A program made the position numbers and the translations under genes. DNA of 64,000 bases from an uncultured Planctomycetaceae bacterium (GTDB lineage: Bacteria; Planctomycetota; Planctomycetia; Pirellulales; PALSA-1355). Below, piece after piece: positions 54,029 to 62,900 of the stretch (positions within the stretch are counted from its first letter, which is position 1; each line of letters starts with the position of its first letter). The stretch is taken from the NCBI GenBank assembly GCA_963785305.1, contig CAWAUV010000005.1, positions 448,001 through 512,000 of the forward strand. Direction: 5' to 3'. The notes beneath the pieces are model-generated. The model searched no databases and was not told the DNA's origin. It saw only the letters and a list, made by a program, of their open reading frames with translations.

Positions 54029-54059
54029 GAATGTTTGTTACGCTCCCGAGAGACGAACT

Positions 54060-54986
54060 TCACGGCCGCGGCGATCGCTCCCCGCCCACGCCGCCGCCCA
54101 CGCCGCCGCCTGCGCTCGGCCAACGCGCCACGACGCCGGCGTCGAGCCGGGCGCCGCCGCGCGTGGCGAGGATCAATCGCCGAGCCTCGATCTGGCCGCG
54201 CTCCCTCGCGGCGAGCGTTGGCGCCAGCAGGGCTCCGGCCTCGGCGGGGCCGACCTCCGGCGCGTGGCATGTCAATAGCATGAAGCTTGCCTCGCCGGCG
54301 GTCAACCTGCGACAGTCGGCAAGCAGCGGCTCGAGATGCTTGGCGATGTTCCACGCTTGCCCCGCCGCGCCGTGCCCGTAGCTGGGCGGATCGAGCACCA
54401 CGCCATCGTAGACGCGGCCTCGCTTGATCTCCCGGGCCACGAATCGCCGCGCGTCGTCGACAATCCAGCGAATCGGCGATTGGTCGAGGCCCGAAAGTTC
54501 GGCGTTGCGTCGAGCCCAGGCGACGGCGCTCCGGGTGGCGTCGACATGCGTGACCTCGGCCCCGGCGGCCGCGGCGGCGAGAGTGCTGCCCCCGGTGTAG
54601 GCAAAAAGATTGAGCACACGAAGCGGCCGACGAGCCCGGCGGACTTGCGCGGCGAGCCATTGCCAATTGTCGCGCTGCTCGGGAAAGAAGCCGACTTGGC
54701 CCGCCTCGGTCAGACGCAATTCGAGCCGCACCGGCCCAGAGACATGCATCCACGGCTCGGCGAGTGGGCGATCCACGACCCATGCGCCCTGGTTGCCCGG
54801 GGAGCGTTCATAGCGAGCGGCTGCCGCGGGCCAGGGGATATGCAAACCGCTCTCGGCCCGCTCCGCGGCTGGCGAGGGACGATCGACCACGCGTCCGCCG
54901 AGCAGTTCCAGTTTGCGGCCGCGGGCGAAATCGAGCAGTTCGTAATTTTCGTCGTGCGGCGATCCATCGGTCGACAAGCAAAACAC
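54060..54986 (-). CDS. Class I SAM-dependent methyltransferase (RlmI/K-like)
   Basis: YELLDF..GRKLE, VGFFPEQ, VLNLFAYTGG, LDPPSYG. Confidence 0.88.
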   Translation of the reverse strand: MFCLSTDGSPHDENYELLDFARGRKLELLGGRVVDRPSPAAERAESGLHIPWPAAAARYERSPGNQGAWVVDRPLAEPWMHVSGPVRLELRLTEAGQVGFFPEQRDNWQWLAAQVRRARRPLRVLNLFAYTGGSTLAAAAAGAEVTHVDATRSAVAWARRNAELSGLDQSPIRWIVDDARRFVAREIKRGRVYDGVVLDPPSYGHGAAGQAWNIAKHLEPLLADCRRLTAGEASFMLLTCHAPEVGPAEAGALLAPTLAARERGQIEARRLILATRGGARLDAGVVARWPSAGGGVGGGVGGERSPRP

Positions 54987-55452
54987 CTCATCGGGCGAAT
55001 TATCTCAGGTCAGGCACGAAATTACTTTGACTCTTCCGATTGTAAATGCAAGCAACGCCACGACGTGATGTTTTGAGCTGGGCGGAACATGGAAGCCGTC
55101 GCCGACGATTCGGGTTGGGATCGGATGACGCTGCGTCGTTACCGGAAGCGTCAGCAAGGGAATGCCGCCAAAAACGCGATTTGTCGTCGAGCAAAACGTC
55201 TCTTTTTTACCAACGCCGTTGCGTCTCGACAAACGCTTCAAGCTCCGCCAAATCACCGAGGGCACATCGAACCCCGTGTATCGCGGAAGCGATTCCGGCG
55301 GTGAACGGCGCCTACTTCGACCGGCGAGGCGTCATGTTCGCGGCCGATGAGGTCCGTCTTTCCATTTGACAGGCGATGCCCTCGATGGCCGGGAACGAAA
55401 CCGTGGACAAGAGCGGTTTCCGCTGAATCTTCGTTCGGCCTCCACTCGGCGC

Positions 55453-56355
55453 TCAGGCGGCGGCATTGGAAACAGTGAGCTCCGGCGTCGAGCCGGTTTG
55501 CCGGGCGAACATATCGAGCGTGAGCAGAATTTCGGCTTTGCCGAGCGCGGTGGGGCTCTCGGCGGGTACTTGCAGCGTGCCGAAGCTGAACACGGTGGAA
55601 CTGGCCCCGTTGGTAAAGGCCAAGCTGCCCGGCGCCGGCCAAGGCTTGCGCATAGAGGTTCACATTCTGGGCGGCCCAGGCATGCGTGGTGCGCAGCCGC
55701 ACGATCCGATCGCCCTCGGGCAGGTTCACCACCGTCAGACTGTTCATGAAGCGATCGGTCACGAGCGCGTTGTCGATCACCAGTTCGAATTCTTGCGCTC
55801 GCGCGCCGCGCCGCCGAGGGTGAGCACCGGGTCGCCCGCGAAGATATAGGGGCCGCTTTCGACGCTGGCGATGAGACTGGGAAAACTGCCCGCGGCGGCG
55901 ATCGATTCCGACTGACCGACAATCTCGAGATCGAGCCGCACGAGGCCGCCCTTGGCGCCGCTGAATTTGGCGCGGTTGACCTTGCATCCCGCATAGGTGA
56001 AGACTTCGGCCACGCGGTCGACCGAGAGCGAAAAGCTGGGCAGGGCGCTGGCCAGGGCAAAGGTCGAACCGCTCGCCGGGGCGCCCAAGATGCGGGGCAG
56101 CCAGATCGAAAGATCGGCCGGAGTGGGTTCGAGCGATAGCGAACCGGCGACGAGCGACACGCCGCGCCGCGAGTCGTCGGCCATATGGCTCCGATTGCCG
56201 CGAAGTCCCTGACGCTCGACGATCCGCGCCTTATTGGCGATCGATTCGCCGACAAACACGAAGCGTTCGACAACGCCGCCGCCCGGCGTGACCCCATAGG
56301 TCGTTTCGCTCACGGTGCCCAGTTGGGCTGCCCAACCCATCGATGCCGTCGTCAT
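55453..56355 (-). CDS. Phage-like tail tube protein (frameshifts near 55800 and 55630)
   Basis: ETTYGVTP, GLRGNRS, YAGCKVN, FELVIDNAL; GAGGAG RBS; follows neck genes. Confidence 0.75.
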
Positions 56356-56470
56356 GTTCGCGCTCTCCTCGAGTTTTCGACTTGATTCCTCAGGTTTCCT
56401 CATTCGGCGCTCCGAAATCCGGCGCCAAGCCCTCGCCCTGCCCTCTCCCAAAGGGGAACGGAGCCCTTAT

Positions 56471-56497
56471 CAGCCTTTTGAATATTTCAACAGACTG
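56471..56497. repeat. 27-bp palindrome directly after the TAA of the tail-terminator-like gene
   Basis: CAGCCTTTTGAATATTTCAACAGACTG. Confidence 0.75.
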
Positions 56498-57043
56498 TTA
56501 CGCCGCTCGCGGCTCGCGGCTCACAAACCGCAGCACGAGCGCCGCGGCGTAAAGATTGTCTTGCCAAGCGGCCACGATGAGCGGCTCCGCCGGCTCGACC
56601 GAGGCGTTGATGATTTCCGGCGCCCCCGCCAGCCTTTGATTCCGAAAAGCTCGGGCGATCATTTCTCGCCGTAGCGACTGCGTATCAAGATTCGCCGCGA
56701 GCGTGGGCTCTTGATTGTCGATGTCGATCACGGTGACGAGCACCGAGTAAACCACGTCGTCGAGGCCCACGACCCCGGCGGTCGGGTTCATGGTTTCGCG
56801 CTCCGGCGTAAGCAGCACGACCGGAAATTGGGTGAACTGCCCGGCGCCCAGGCCGCGGTCGAGCGGCGCCTTGCGGATCACGACGCTATCGCTCGCCACG
56901 CCGGGCAGAGAGAGCGATTGGATCACGGCCTGGGCGGCGAGCAGGCAGCGGTAGCTGACCGACTGCGTGACCGCGCCGTCGCTGAACACGGCGCCGACCG
57001 AGGGTTGCGGCCCCGCCGCGTCGGTGAATGACGAACCGATCAT
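56498..57043 (-). CDS. Putative tail terminator/neck protein
   Basis: 181 aa, FPVVLLTP..DDVVYSVLVTVID..IARAFRNQRL; position just before the tube; ATGA coupling with the upstream gene. Confidence 0.5.
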   Translation of the reverse strand: MIGSSFTDAAGPQPSVGAVFSDGAVTQSVSYRCLLAAQAVIQSLSLPGVASDSVVIRKAPLDRGLGAGQFTQFPVVLLTPERETMNPTAGVVGLDDVVYSVLVTVIDIDNQEPTLAANLDTQSLRREMIARAFRNQRLAGAPEIINASVEPAEPLIVAAWQDNLYAAALVLRFVSREPRAA

Positions 57044-59145
57044 GACTCGCTCACGGTGAAAGATTGTGGATTTTCGAACGTGCAGCCGGCGGCCGCTGCC
57101 CAGCGGTAAAAGGCCCCGGGAGCGAGACTGAAAATCACGCGGCCGGTCGAGTCGGTGGCGGCCGGTCCGGCGACGATCGTATCGCCCGCCTCGTCGGTGC
57201 TGACCCACACCTCGGCGTTGCCGAGTGGTTCGCCGTTGGCGAGTTGAATCGTGAGCGGCCAGGCGATCGAACCGGTTCCCCAAAAGACCGGAGCCGGTGT
57301 CACGCGACCGAGCGCGTCGGTGGCGAGCGGATTGGCGGAGTTCTGAAGCACCGCCGCGGCAATCGTTTGCGGCGTGGGCGGCGCGGTATAGGCGCCGGCG
57401 CCGATAAACTCGAACAACCGCTGCCCGATGCCTCCGCCGAGCGACGATGTGGCCGCAGACCAGACCGCGGCCACGAGTCCGCTCAGTGTGTCGAGGTAGC
57501 CAGCTCGCGTGGTCGTAAAACCCTGATTCGAGAGACCCGCTTGCGTGTCCGCGGCGATCGCGGCGTGAGTGGCCTCGGTCAAGGCGACCGGCGGCAGCGC
57601 CGTGAGCCCGGCCCCGGCGACGCCCACCTGCGCCGCGAGCGACTGGAGCGTCGATCGATCGTCGGTGGTGAAATAGGCGGCGACCTCTTGCGTGACCCAC
57701 GATTGGCCGCCGACGATTTGCGTGCCTTCGGCGAGCACGGCCGTGACTTCCCAGATCAACAGCATTTCGTAGTCGCCGCTCTCGATCGTGGCGGTGAATG
57801 TGTATTTGCCGGTCTCGGGATTCGTCACCGCGCTCAAGCGGCTCGCATAGCTGGCGCCGCTGGTGTCGACCACGGTGATGGTGGGCGTTGCCGTGGCGTT
57901 GGTCATGACTCCGGCGCTGTCGCGCAGGTAAATCGCGACCGGATAAGCGATGCTCCCGGCGCTCGGAAGCTGAATCGCGGGTGGGATCGAGAGGCTGATC
58001 GCGGTGTTGTTCTGCAAGGTTTTGACATCGCTTTGGGCCGCGATTTGGCCGCTCAGCGGCAATATCTTCGTCGCGAACAGCCACCCAAAACTGTCACCGA
58101 CGGCGCTAAATGCCGCGACGAGCGAATTCCAAATCGCGCCGGCGATCGCGAATAAAGCCGCCGAATTGGGCGTCGCGACGATGTCCATCTGGTCGCCCGG
58201 CGCGGCGGAAGGGTGTTGGAGCGTGCCGATATCGACCTGGGGGATGCCGGTCAGCGTGCCCACGGTCCAGCTCACGGCGTAAGTCGCGTTTGGCGCGCCA
58301 TCGCCATCGCCCGACGCATAGACCACCGATGCGAGCGGCCAACCCTGGGCAGTAAAGGCGTCGCCGATCTGGCTGCTGGTTGCGCTGCCGGCGATCTCGG
58401 CGGGTAGCCCGTTGCTCGTGCTCTTGAGCAGCCACGCGCCGGCGGTGGCGCTAGTGAGCGTGAGGGTGAACTGCTGAGCGATGGCCGGGGCGCCGTCGGC
58501 GAACGATGTTTGCAGGTTGATGCCGCCCCAGTCGTTGTCGAAGTAGTTGTTTTGCACGGCAAACGGGTTGGCGCCGCCGAATGATTCCCCGACGTTGTCG
58601 TAAAACGTGAAGGCGTCGTCCGCCGGCGAGCCGTTGACGGTCCAAGCCAGGTAATTTTCATCGAGCGTCGCCTGAATGTCGTCTTGCGAATCCGAAGCGT
58701 TGATTGTGAAGGTTGCCCCCGAGGGCGTGTACTGAATTTGCAGCGAGCCGTAGGAATCCGGCGCCCCACCGTTGCCGGGCGTGCCTTGAAAAGTAGCGCT
58801 GGCCAATGTGCCGACAAAGCCGGCCTGCGTCTCGACGAGCGAAACATCGCTCCCGTCGGCGATCGCTGGCCGACCCCACGCATCGACGCGCGGAGGCCAC
58901 GCCACCATCTCCGACGCTAGGACCAGCGAGATTCCGGATTTGAGAAAGTCGACGGCGTATTCGCCATATGCAAGACCGAAATGCGACAGTATCGATCCGT
59001 AGTCGATGACATACACACCGCTGCCGACCGGCGATTCAACGGCCGATAGTCCGTAAGCCAGCAGCGAAGTTCGGCCAGGCGAATAGATGCTCGCGGTGAC
59101 CGTCAGACCGCTTTGTCCGAGGGTTGCTTGGACGGTTGTGCTCAT
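57040..59145 (-). CDS. 701-aa beta-rich putative virion accessory/fibre protein with C-terminal Ig-like domain
   Basis: Long clean ORF rich in Thr/Ala/Gly; GEPLGNAEVWV..TDSTGRVIFSLAPG C-terminus. Confidence 0.6.
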   Translation of the reverse strand: MSTTVQATLGQSGLTVTASIYSPGRTSLLAYGLSAVESPVGSGVYVIDYGSILSHFGLAYGEYAVDFLKSGISLVLASEMVAWPPRVDAWGRPAIADGSDVSLVETQAGFVGTLASATFQGTPGNGGAPDSYGSLQIQYTPSGATFTINASDSQDDIQATLDENYLAWTVNGSPADDAFTFYDNVGESFGGANPFAVQNNYFDNDWGGINLQTSFADGAPAIAQQFTLTLTSATAGAWLLKSTSNGLPAEIAGSATSSQIGDAFTAQGWPLASVVYASGDGDGAPNATYAVSWTVGTLTGIPQVDIGTLQHPSAAPGDQMDIVATPNSAALFAIAGAIWNSLVAAFSAVGDSFGWLFATKILPLSGQIAAQSDVKTLQNNTAISLSIPPAIQLPSAGSIAYPVAIYLRDSAGVMTNATATPTITVVDTSGASYASRLSAVTNPETGKYTFTATIESGDYEMLLIWEVTAVLAEGTQIVGGQSWVTQEVAAYFTTDDRSTLQSLAAQVGVAGAGLTALPPVALTEATHAAIAADTQAGLSNQGFTTTRAGYLDTLSGLVAAVWSAATSSLGGGIGQRLFEFIGAGAYTAPPTPQTIAAAVLQNSANPLATDALGRVTPAPVFWGTGSIAWPLTIQLANGEPLGNAEVWVSTDEAGDTIVAGPAATDSTGRVIFSLAPGAFYRWAAAAGCTFENPQSFTVSES

Positions 59146-59240
59146 AATTCACCCCAAAAACCATCAAGGTCGGGCCGGGAGGCGCGCGGGTGGCGATTAA
59201 TGCCCCCCGCGGTCGTGCGTGCAATCGAAGCGAGCGAGCC

Positions 59241-59562
59241 TTATCGACGGCGCTCGCGTCCGACGATCCGGTACTGCTGGGTCAATGTGTCGAACGCGAG
59301 CGAAGTCACTGTCCAACCGACGCCATCGCCATCCGTAAACGCATCGCCCGGCGCGGGAACCACGCCGCCCAAGTTGGGCGCGGGGAAATAAAACGGCAAG
59401 TCCGTGGGCTCGAGCCCCATTCGCGCCGAAGGCGGCCGCTCCGGTCGTCTGCTGCTCGCGCAAGACGCCCGCCACGCGGATCGCGGCGCCACCGGTCGGC
59501 TGGTAGACGACGGTCTCGGCGCCATCGAAGATCGCGAAGTCGCCCGAAGGATCGAACATCAT
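59241..59562 (-). CDS. Putative head-closure (gpFII-like) protein (frameshift near 59418)
   Basis: FDGAETVVYQP + PAPGDAFTDGDGVGWTV; size and position. Confidence 0.55.
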
Positions 59563-59565
59563 GAT

Positions 59566-59781
59566 TCATCCCACTCCGCGAGTTTCGATTTCCCAGGGTC
59601 CGTCGAAGGCCGCGATCGTGGCATTGATCGTCGTGAGCTCGTCCATGAGTCCCTTGCGCATCGCGGTCCAGGCGACGCTTTGGTTTCCTTTGACATAATC
59701 CGGCTTCGAGGCTTCGATCGCGGCCAATTCGACCAGGATCGCGCTTCTTCTGGCCAGCAAATTCTCCAAATCGGTTGGCAT
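59566..59781 (-). CDS. Putative head-tail adaptor (gpW-like), 71 aa
   Basis: Helix, KPDYVKGNQSVAW hairpin, helix; position after the capsid gene. Confidence 0.6.
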   Translation of the reverse strand: MPTDLENLLARRSAILVELAAIEASKPDYVKGNQSVAWTAMRKGLMDELTTINATIAAFDGPWEIETRGVG

Positions 59782-59970
59782 GAACAGTTCCATCGCGCGA
59801 GAGAACAAAGTGCGTATCACATCGAGATTCGCGGAACCGGCAAACAGCTCGCCGGCGTGGGGAATATCTCCCCGAACGATCCAATGGCCCGATCTCGGTC
59901 GGTCGCCGCGAGCGGATAACTTCCATGTCGCCACCCAGCGCGCGACCGACCGAGCCTTGGTTCTGCCTAT

Positions 59971-60119
59971 CGGCCTCTTGAAAAATGCCATCGTGGCATT
60001 TTTCAGCCTCGCCAAGCGCCGAGCAAAGCTCGTCGCGGCTCGCAAAATAACGACCTGGGCCGTTATTTTGACACCGCATCCATGCGGCGGCTCGACCTAT
60101 TGAACATTTCAAGTGGCTG
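59971..60119 (-). mobile_element. 149-bp MITE-like element, copy 3, directly after a TAG stop
   Basis: Homolog of 1510-1658; flanks CTAG / ATAG in element orientation. Confidence 0.85.
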
Positions 60120-60524
60120 CTAGGCCGCGGGCGCCAACTCCGCCACGCTGAATTCATGGTTGGTGCGGAGAATGCCGAAGTGCCGGCGATATTTCTCGAT
60201 CGCCTCGGCGCCGCTGGTCGCGCCGACGACTCGCTCCGGATCACTGGCGTGGGCCACGCGGAATCGCGCCGGTCCGGCAACGAGCTCGTCGGCCAAGCGC
60301 TGCTCATTGTCGCGACGCCGCTGTTCCCACCGATCGAGATAATCGCCCTCGGACGCCTGGGCCGACGCGTTGTTCCGCGCCAGCAGTTCCGCGAGCCGGT
60401 GGTTTTGTTCCAGCAAACTCTGGTGCAGCGACTTCAAATGGTCGAGCAATTCTCGCTCGAAGGGACTGCACGAGGCGGCGCCCTCGGTCCGGCTGTCGCT
60501 CGCAATGGATTCTTTCTTGATCAT
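60120..60524 (-). CDS. Hypothetical protein in the phage-like cassette
   Basis: AAGGA RBS, co-oriented, between capsid and adaptor genes. Confidence 0.6.
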   Translation of the reverse strand: MIKKESIASDSRTEGAASCSPFERELLDHLKSLHQSLLEQNHRLAELLARNNASAQASEGDYLDRWEQRRRDNEQRLADELVAGPARFRVAHASDPERVVGATSGAEAIEKYRRHFGILRTNHEFSVAELAPAA

Positions 60525-60590
60525 GATCGGTTCCTTGAATTCGTGGGATTTCTTGGGATTGAAGCGAAATATCCGTCCGAATGCGGGCGG

Positions 60591-61847
60591 TCAGTTCGTG
60601 TTGATCACCACGTAGCGCGGATCGCGCACCCCGCAGGCGCCCATCTCGTCGGCAAACATCGAAAACACCAGCCCGCGGTCAGCCATTTCGTATTCGCTGG
60701 CCATGGCCCGCTGAATCGTGAGTGGCAAGCACTGGGTGTAGACGAAGGCGCGTTTGAAGTCGCCGATCCACCAATACTGCTGCGCATTCGCGGCCGCGAT
60801 ATTAAAACCATCGGCGGCCGTGGCGCGGCGCATCGCATAGGGATAGGTGGGCGAACCGATGAGGTTAAACTGGAAATCGCCGAGCGGATTCGCCCCCAGG
60901 CCCACCTCGGCCGTGTCGTTGGTGCGCCGCTCGATCTCGGTGTAGCGCAAGATTCCCCGGGCCGTGAGATAGCCGGCCGGCATCGTGAGAATGTCGCGCG
61001 GTTCGATATCGATCGGCTGGCCGGTCTCCTGGTCGTTCATGCCCGAAAACAGTTGGAGCGCGGCGTTGATCTGGGTCCAGTCGACCAGCGGGTTCGACTG
61101 GCGGTTCACCCAGTTGCCGCTCGTTTGATAGGTGTTGTAGTTGACGCCGTTGTAGTTGTAGGTGTTGTCGAGCCCGAGGAACGTGTCGAGCACGATGTAT
61201 TCCTTGCGCAGGGCCAGCACTTCGGCCGCTCCGCTCGGCTTGGGTGAGCAGTTCGCGCGTGCGGTCGAACATCACCGCCTCGCGGGTCACGTCGACCGCC
61301 ACGGCCCGATTCACATTGAGCGGCGTGGTGACATAGCGCTCGCTGACGATCGATGCGCAGGTGGCGATTGCCCGGTTTGCGTTCCTCGGCCACGTCGCCC
61401 ACGGTCGACACTCCGATGAATTGCTCTTGGATCTTGTCGGTCGGAATCACCTCGGCGAGTTGCTCGGCGATGAAGGTGGGCCGATTGTAGACTTCGAGAA
61501 ACTTGGCTTCGAGCAGGCCGAGCGCCGCGGCGTTGTAGGCCGACACATTGGCGAAAGCGCTCGGCACGATCGACGTGCCCCCGTCTTCCATCACATTCAC
61601 GAAATGCGCGTCCCTGCATCAGCATCTGGCCATCGTCGTGGCCCACGAGTCCTTCGTAGAGCGCTTTGAGGCTGCACTGCTCCGGAGCAAGGGTCTGGCC
61701 TTCGAGCACCGGCTCGAGGGTCTTGAGCGAAATGCGGCGCTTGCCGGTGGCCGGGTCTTCGAGCCCGAGCAATTGGCGAATTTTGTGGGCGAAGCCCTCG
61801 GGGCCCATATCGGCGCACATCCGTCGGACCGCGTTGGAGTTCAACAT
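60591..61847 (-). CDS. Major capsid protein (HK97-fold, Mu gpT-like); frameshifts near 61605, 61350 and 61230
   Basis: VDVTREAVMFDRT, MNDQETGQPIDIEP, WWIGDFKRAF, GACGVRDPRYVV; GAGG RBS; follows protease and decoration genes. Confidence 0.8.
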
Positions 61848-61972
61848 GCTATTTCCTCTTTCCAAGAAGCTGTGTTCGAGTAAAAAAATCAGTGTGACGT
61901 GAACTGCCTCGCCTCGCGCGGAGTTTTGCCTCGCCGCGGTCCGCGCCGGCTAGGTTCGAGAAGCCGCTTGAG

Positions 61973-61999
61973 CGACCCGTCGAATATTTCAAGAGGCTG
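61973..61999. repeat. Degenerate 27-bp palindrome directly after the TAG of the decoration gene
   Basis: Minus strand CTAG-CAGCCTCTTGAAATATTCGACGGGTCG. Confidence 0.65.
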
Positions 62000-62791
62000 C
62001 TAGGCCGAGCCCTTCATCAAACCCAGTTCGACCAGCGCCGCGCGAATCGCGTTTTGCTGCGTCCACAGATCGGCGAAGTTGTTGTTGATGGTCGCGCTGA
62101 CATCGCCGGCGTTGGTGGCGCCCACGGAGGCCAAGGTTCCGCTGGCGGTCCCGCCGGTGCTGTTGGTGAGCGCGGCCTGCGCGGCGCCCGCGGGCTGCGC
62201 GACCGGGGTCGCGGCGAAAAACGCCAACTTTTGCGAAGCCGAAGTGCCGATAACGCTGCCGACGCTCGAACCGAGCGACACATTGCCACCATCGCCCAGG
62301 GTGAGTCCTTCGCTAAACAGGGCCCCGCGGCCCAAAAGCGACATCGGCGTGACGCGGCTTTCGACATAGACCCGCGCCGAGGTCGCCGCCACTCCGCCCG
62401 AGTCTTGCACGCACACGCCAATCGCCACGGCCGTGTCGGTGGTGTGCTGCACTTGCTGATCGAGCACGGCGCCGTCGGATTCGGAGATTGTCACCAAGTC
62501 GCCCACTTGCCAGACCGTCGACGGGCAGACGATATCGCCGACCCAAAACGGCGTGACATCAATCGAGCCGGCCGCGTCGGTGGCCAATTTGCCTTCCCGC
62601 GCCACGCCGGCGAAGGTGGGCACGAAGGTCGTGGCGTCGGCGGCCTGGTTGCCTTCGGCCGCCAAACTACTGGCCGGCACAATCGACCCGCTTTGTTGAA
62701 ACACGAGATCGCCGATATTGATCGCGATCGCGCCGGCATAGGGATACGGAACATGGTCCAGATCGGGAAACTTGGCGAGGTTGACAGGCAT
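62000..62791 (-). CDS. Capsid decoration/cement protein with C-terminal head-fibre-like extension
   Basis: INIGDLV..FAGVA..VGDLV..AIGVC; tail QKLAFFAATPVAQP..NAIRAALVELGLM; between protease and capsid genes. Confidence 0.6.
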   Translation of the reverse strand: MPVNLAKFPDLDHVPYPYAGAIAINIGDLVFQQSGSIVPASSLAAEGNQAADATTFVPTFAGVAREGKLATDAAGSIDVTPFWVGDIVCPSTVWQVGDLVTISESDGAVLDQQVQHTTDTAVAIGVCVQDSGGVAATSARVYVESRVTPMSLLGRGALFSEGLTLGDGGNVSLGSSVGSVIGTSASQKLAFFAATPVAQPAGAAQAALTNSTGGTASGTLASVGATNAGDVSATINNNFADLWTQQNAIRAALVELGLMKGSA

Positions 62792-62900
62792 TGCGAGGTC
62801 CTTGTGTTCGAAAGAGCGAAAGTTAAACGGCGATTTTCCAGCGGCGGTCAGCGATACTCAGGCGCTAACCACCTTCGATGGCGCGATCCAGCGCCACCCA

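Noticed and set aside
55000..55452. att site, tRNA or tail chaperone gene at the cassette boundary
   Set aside because: Only REP-like fragments are seen; no cloverleaf or convincing ORF. No tRNA or rRNA was recognised anywhere in the window.
1510..61999. 27-bp palindromes as CRISPR repeats or transcription-factor operators
   Set aside because: They are dispersed, not arrayed with spacers, and no cas genes are present. They lie after stop codons and form the end of a 149-bp element with a target duplication.
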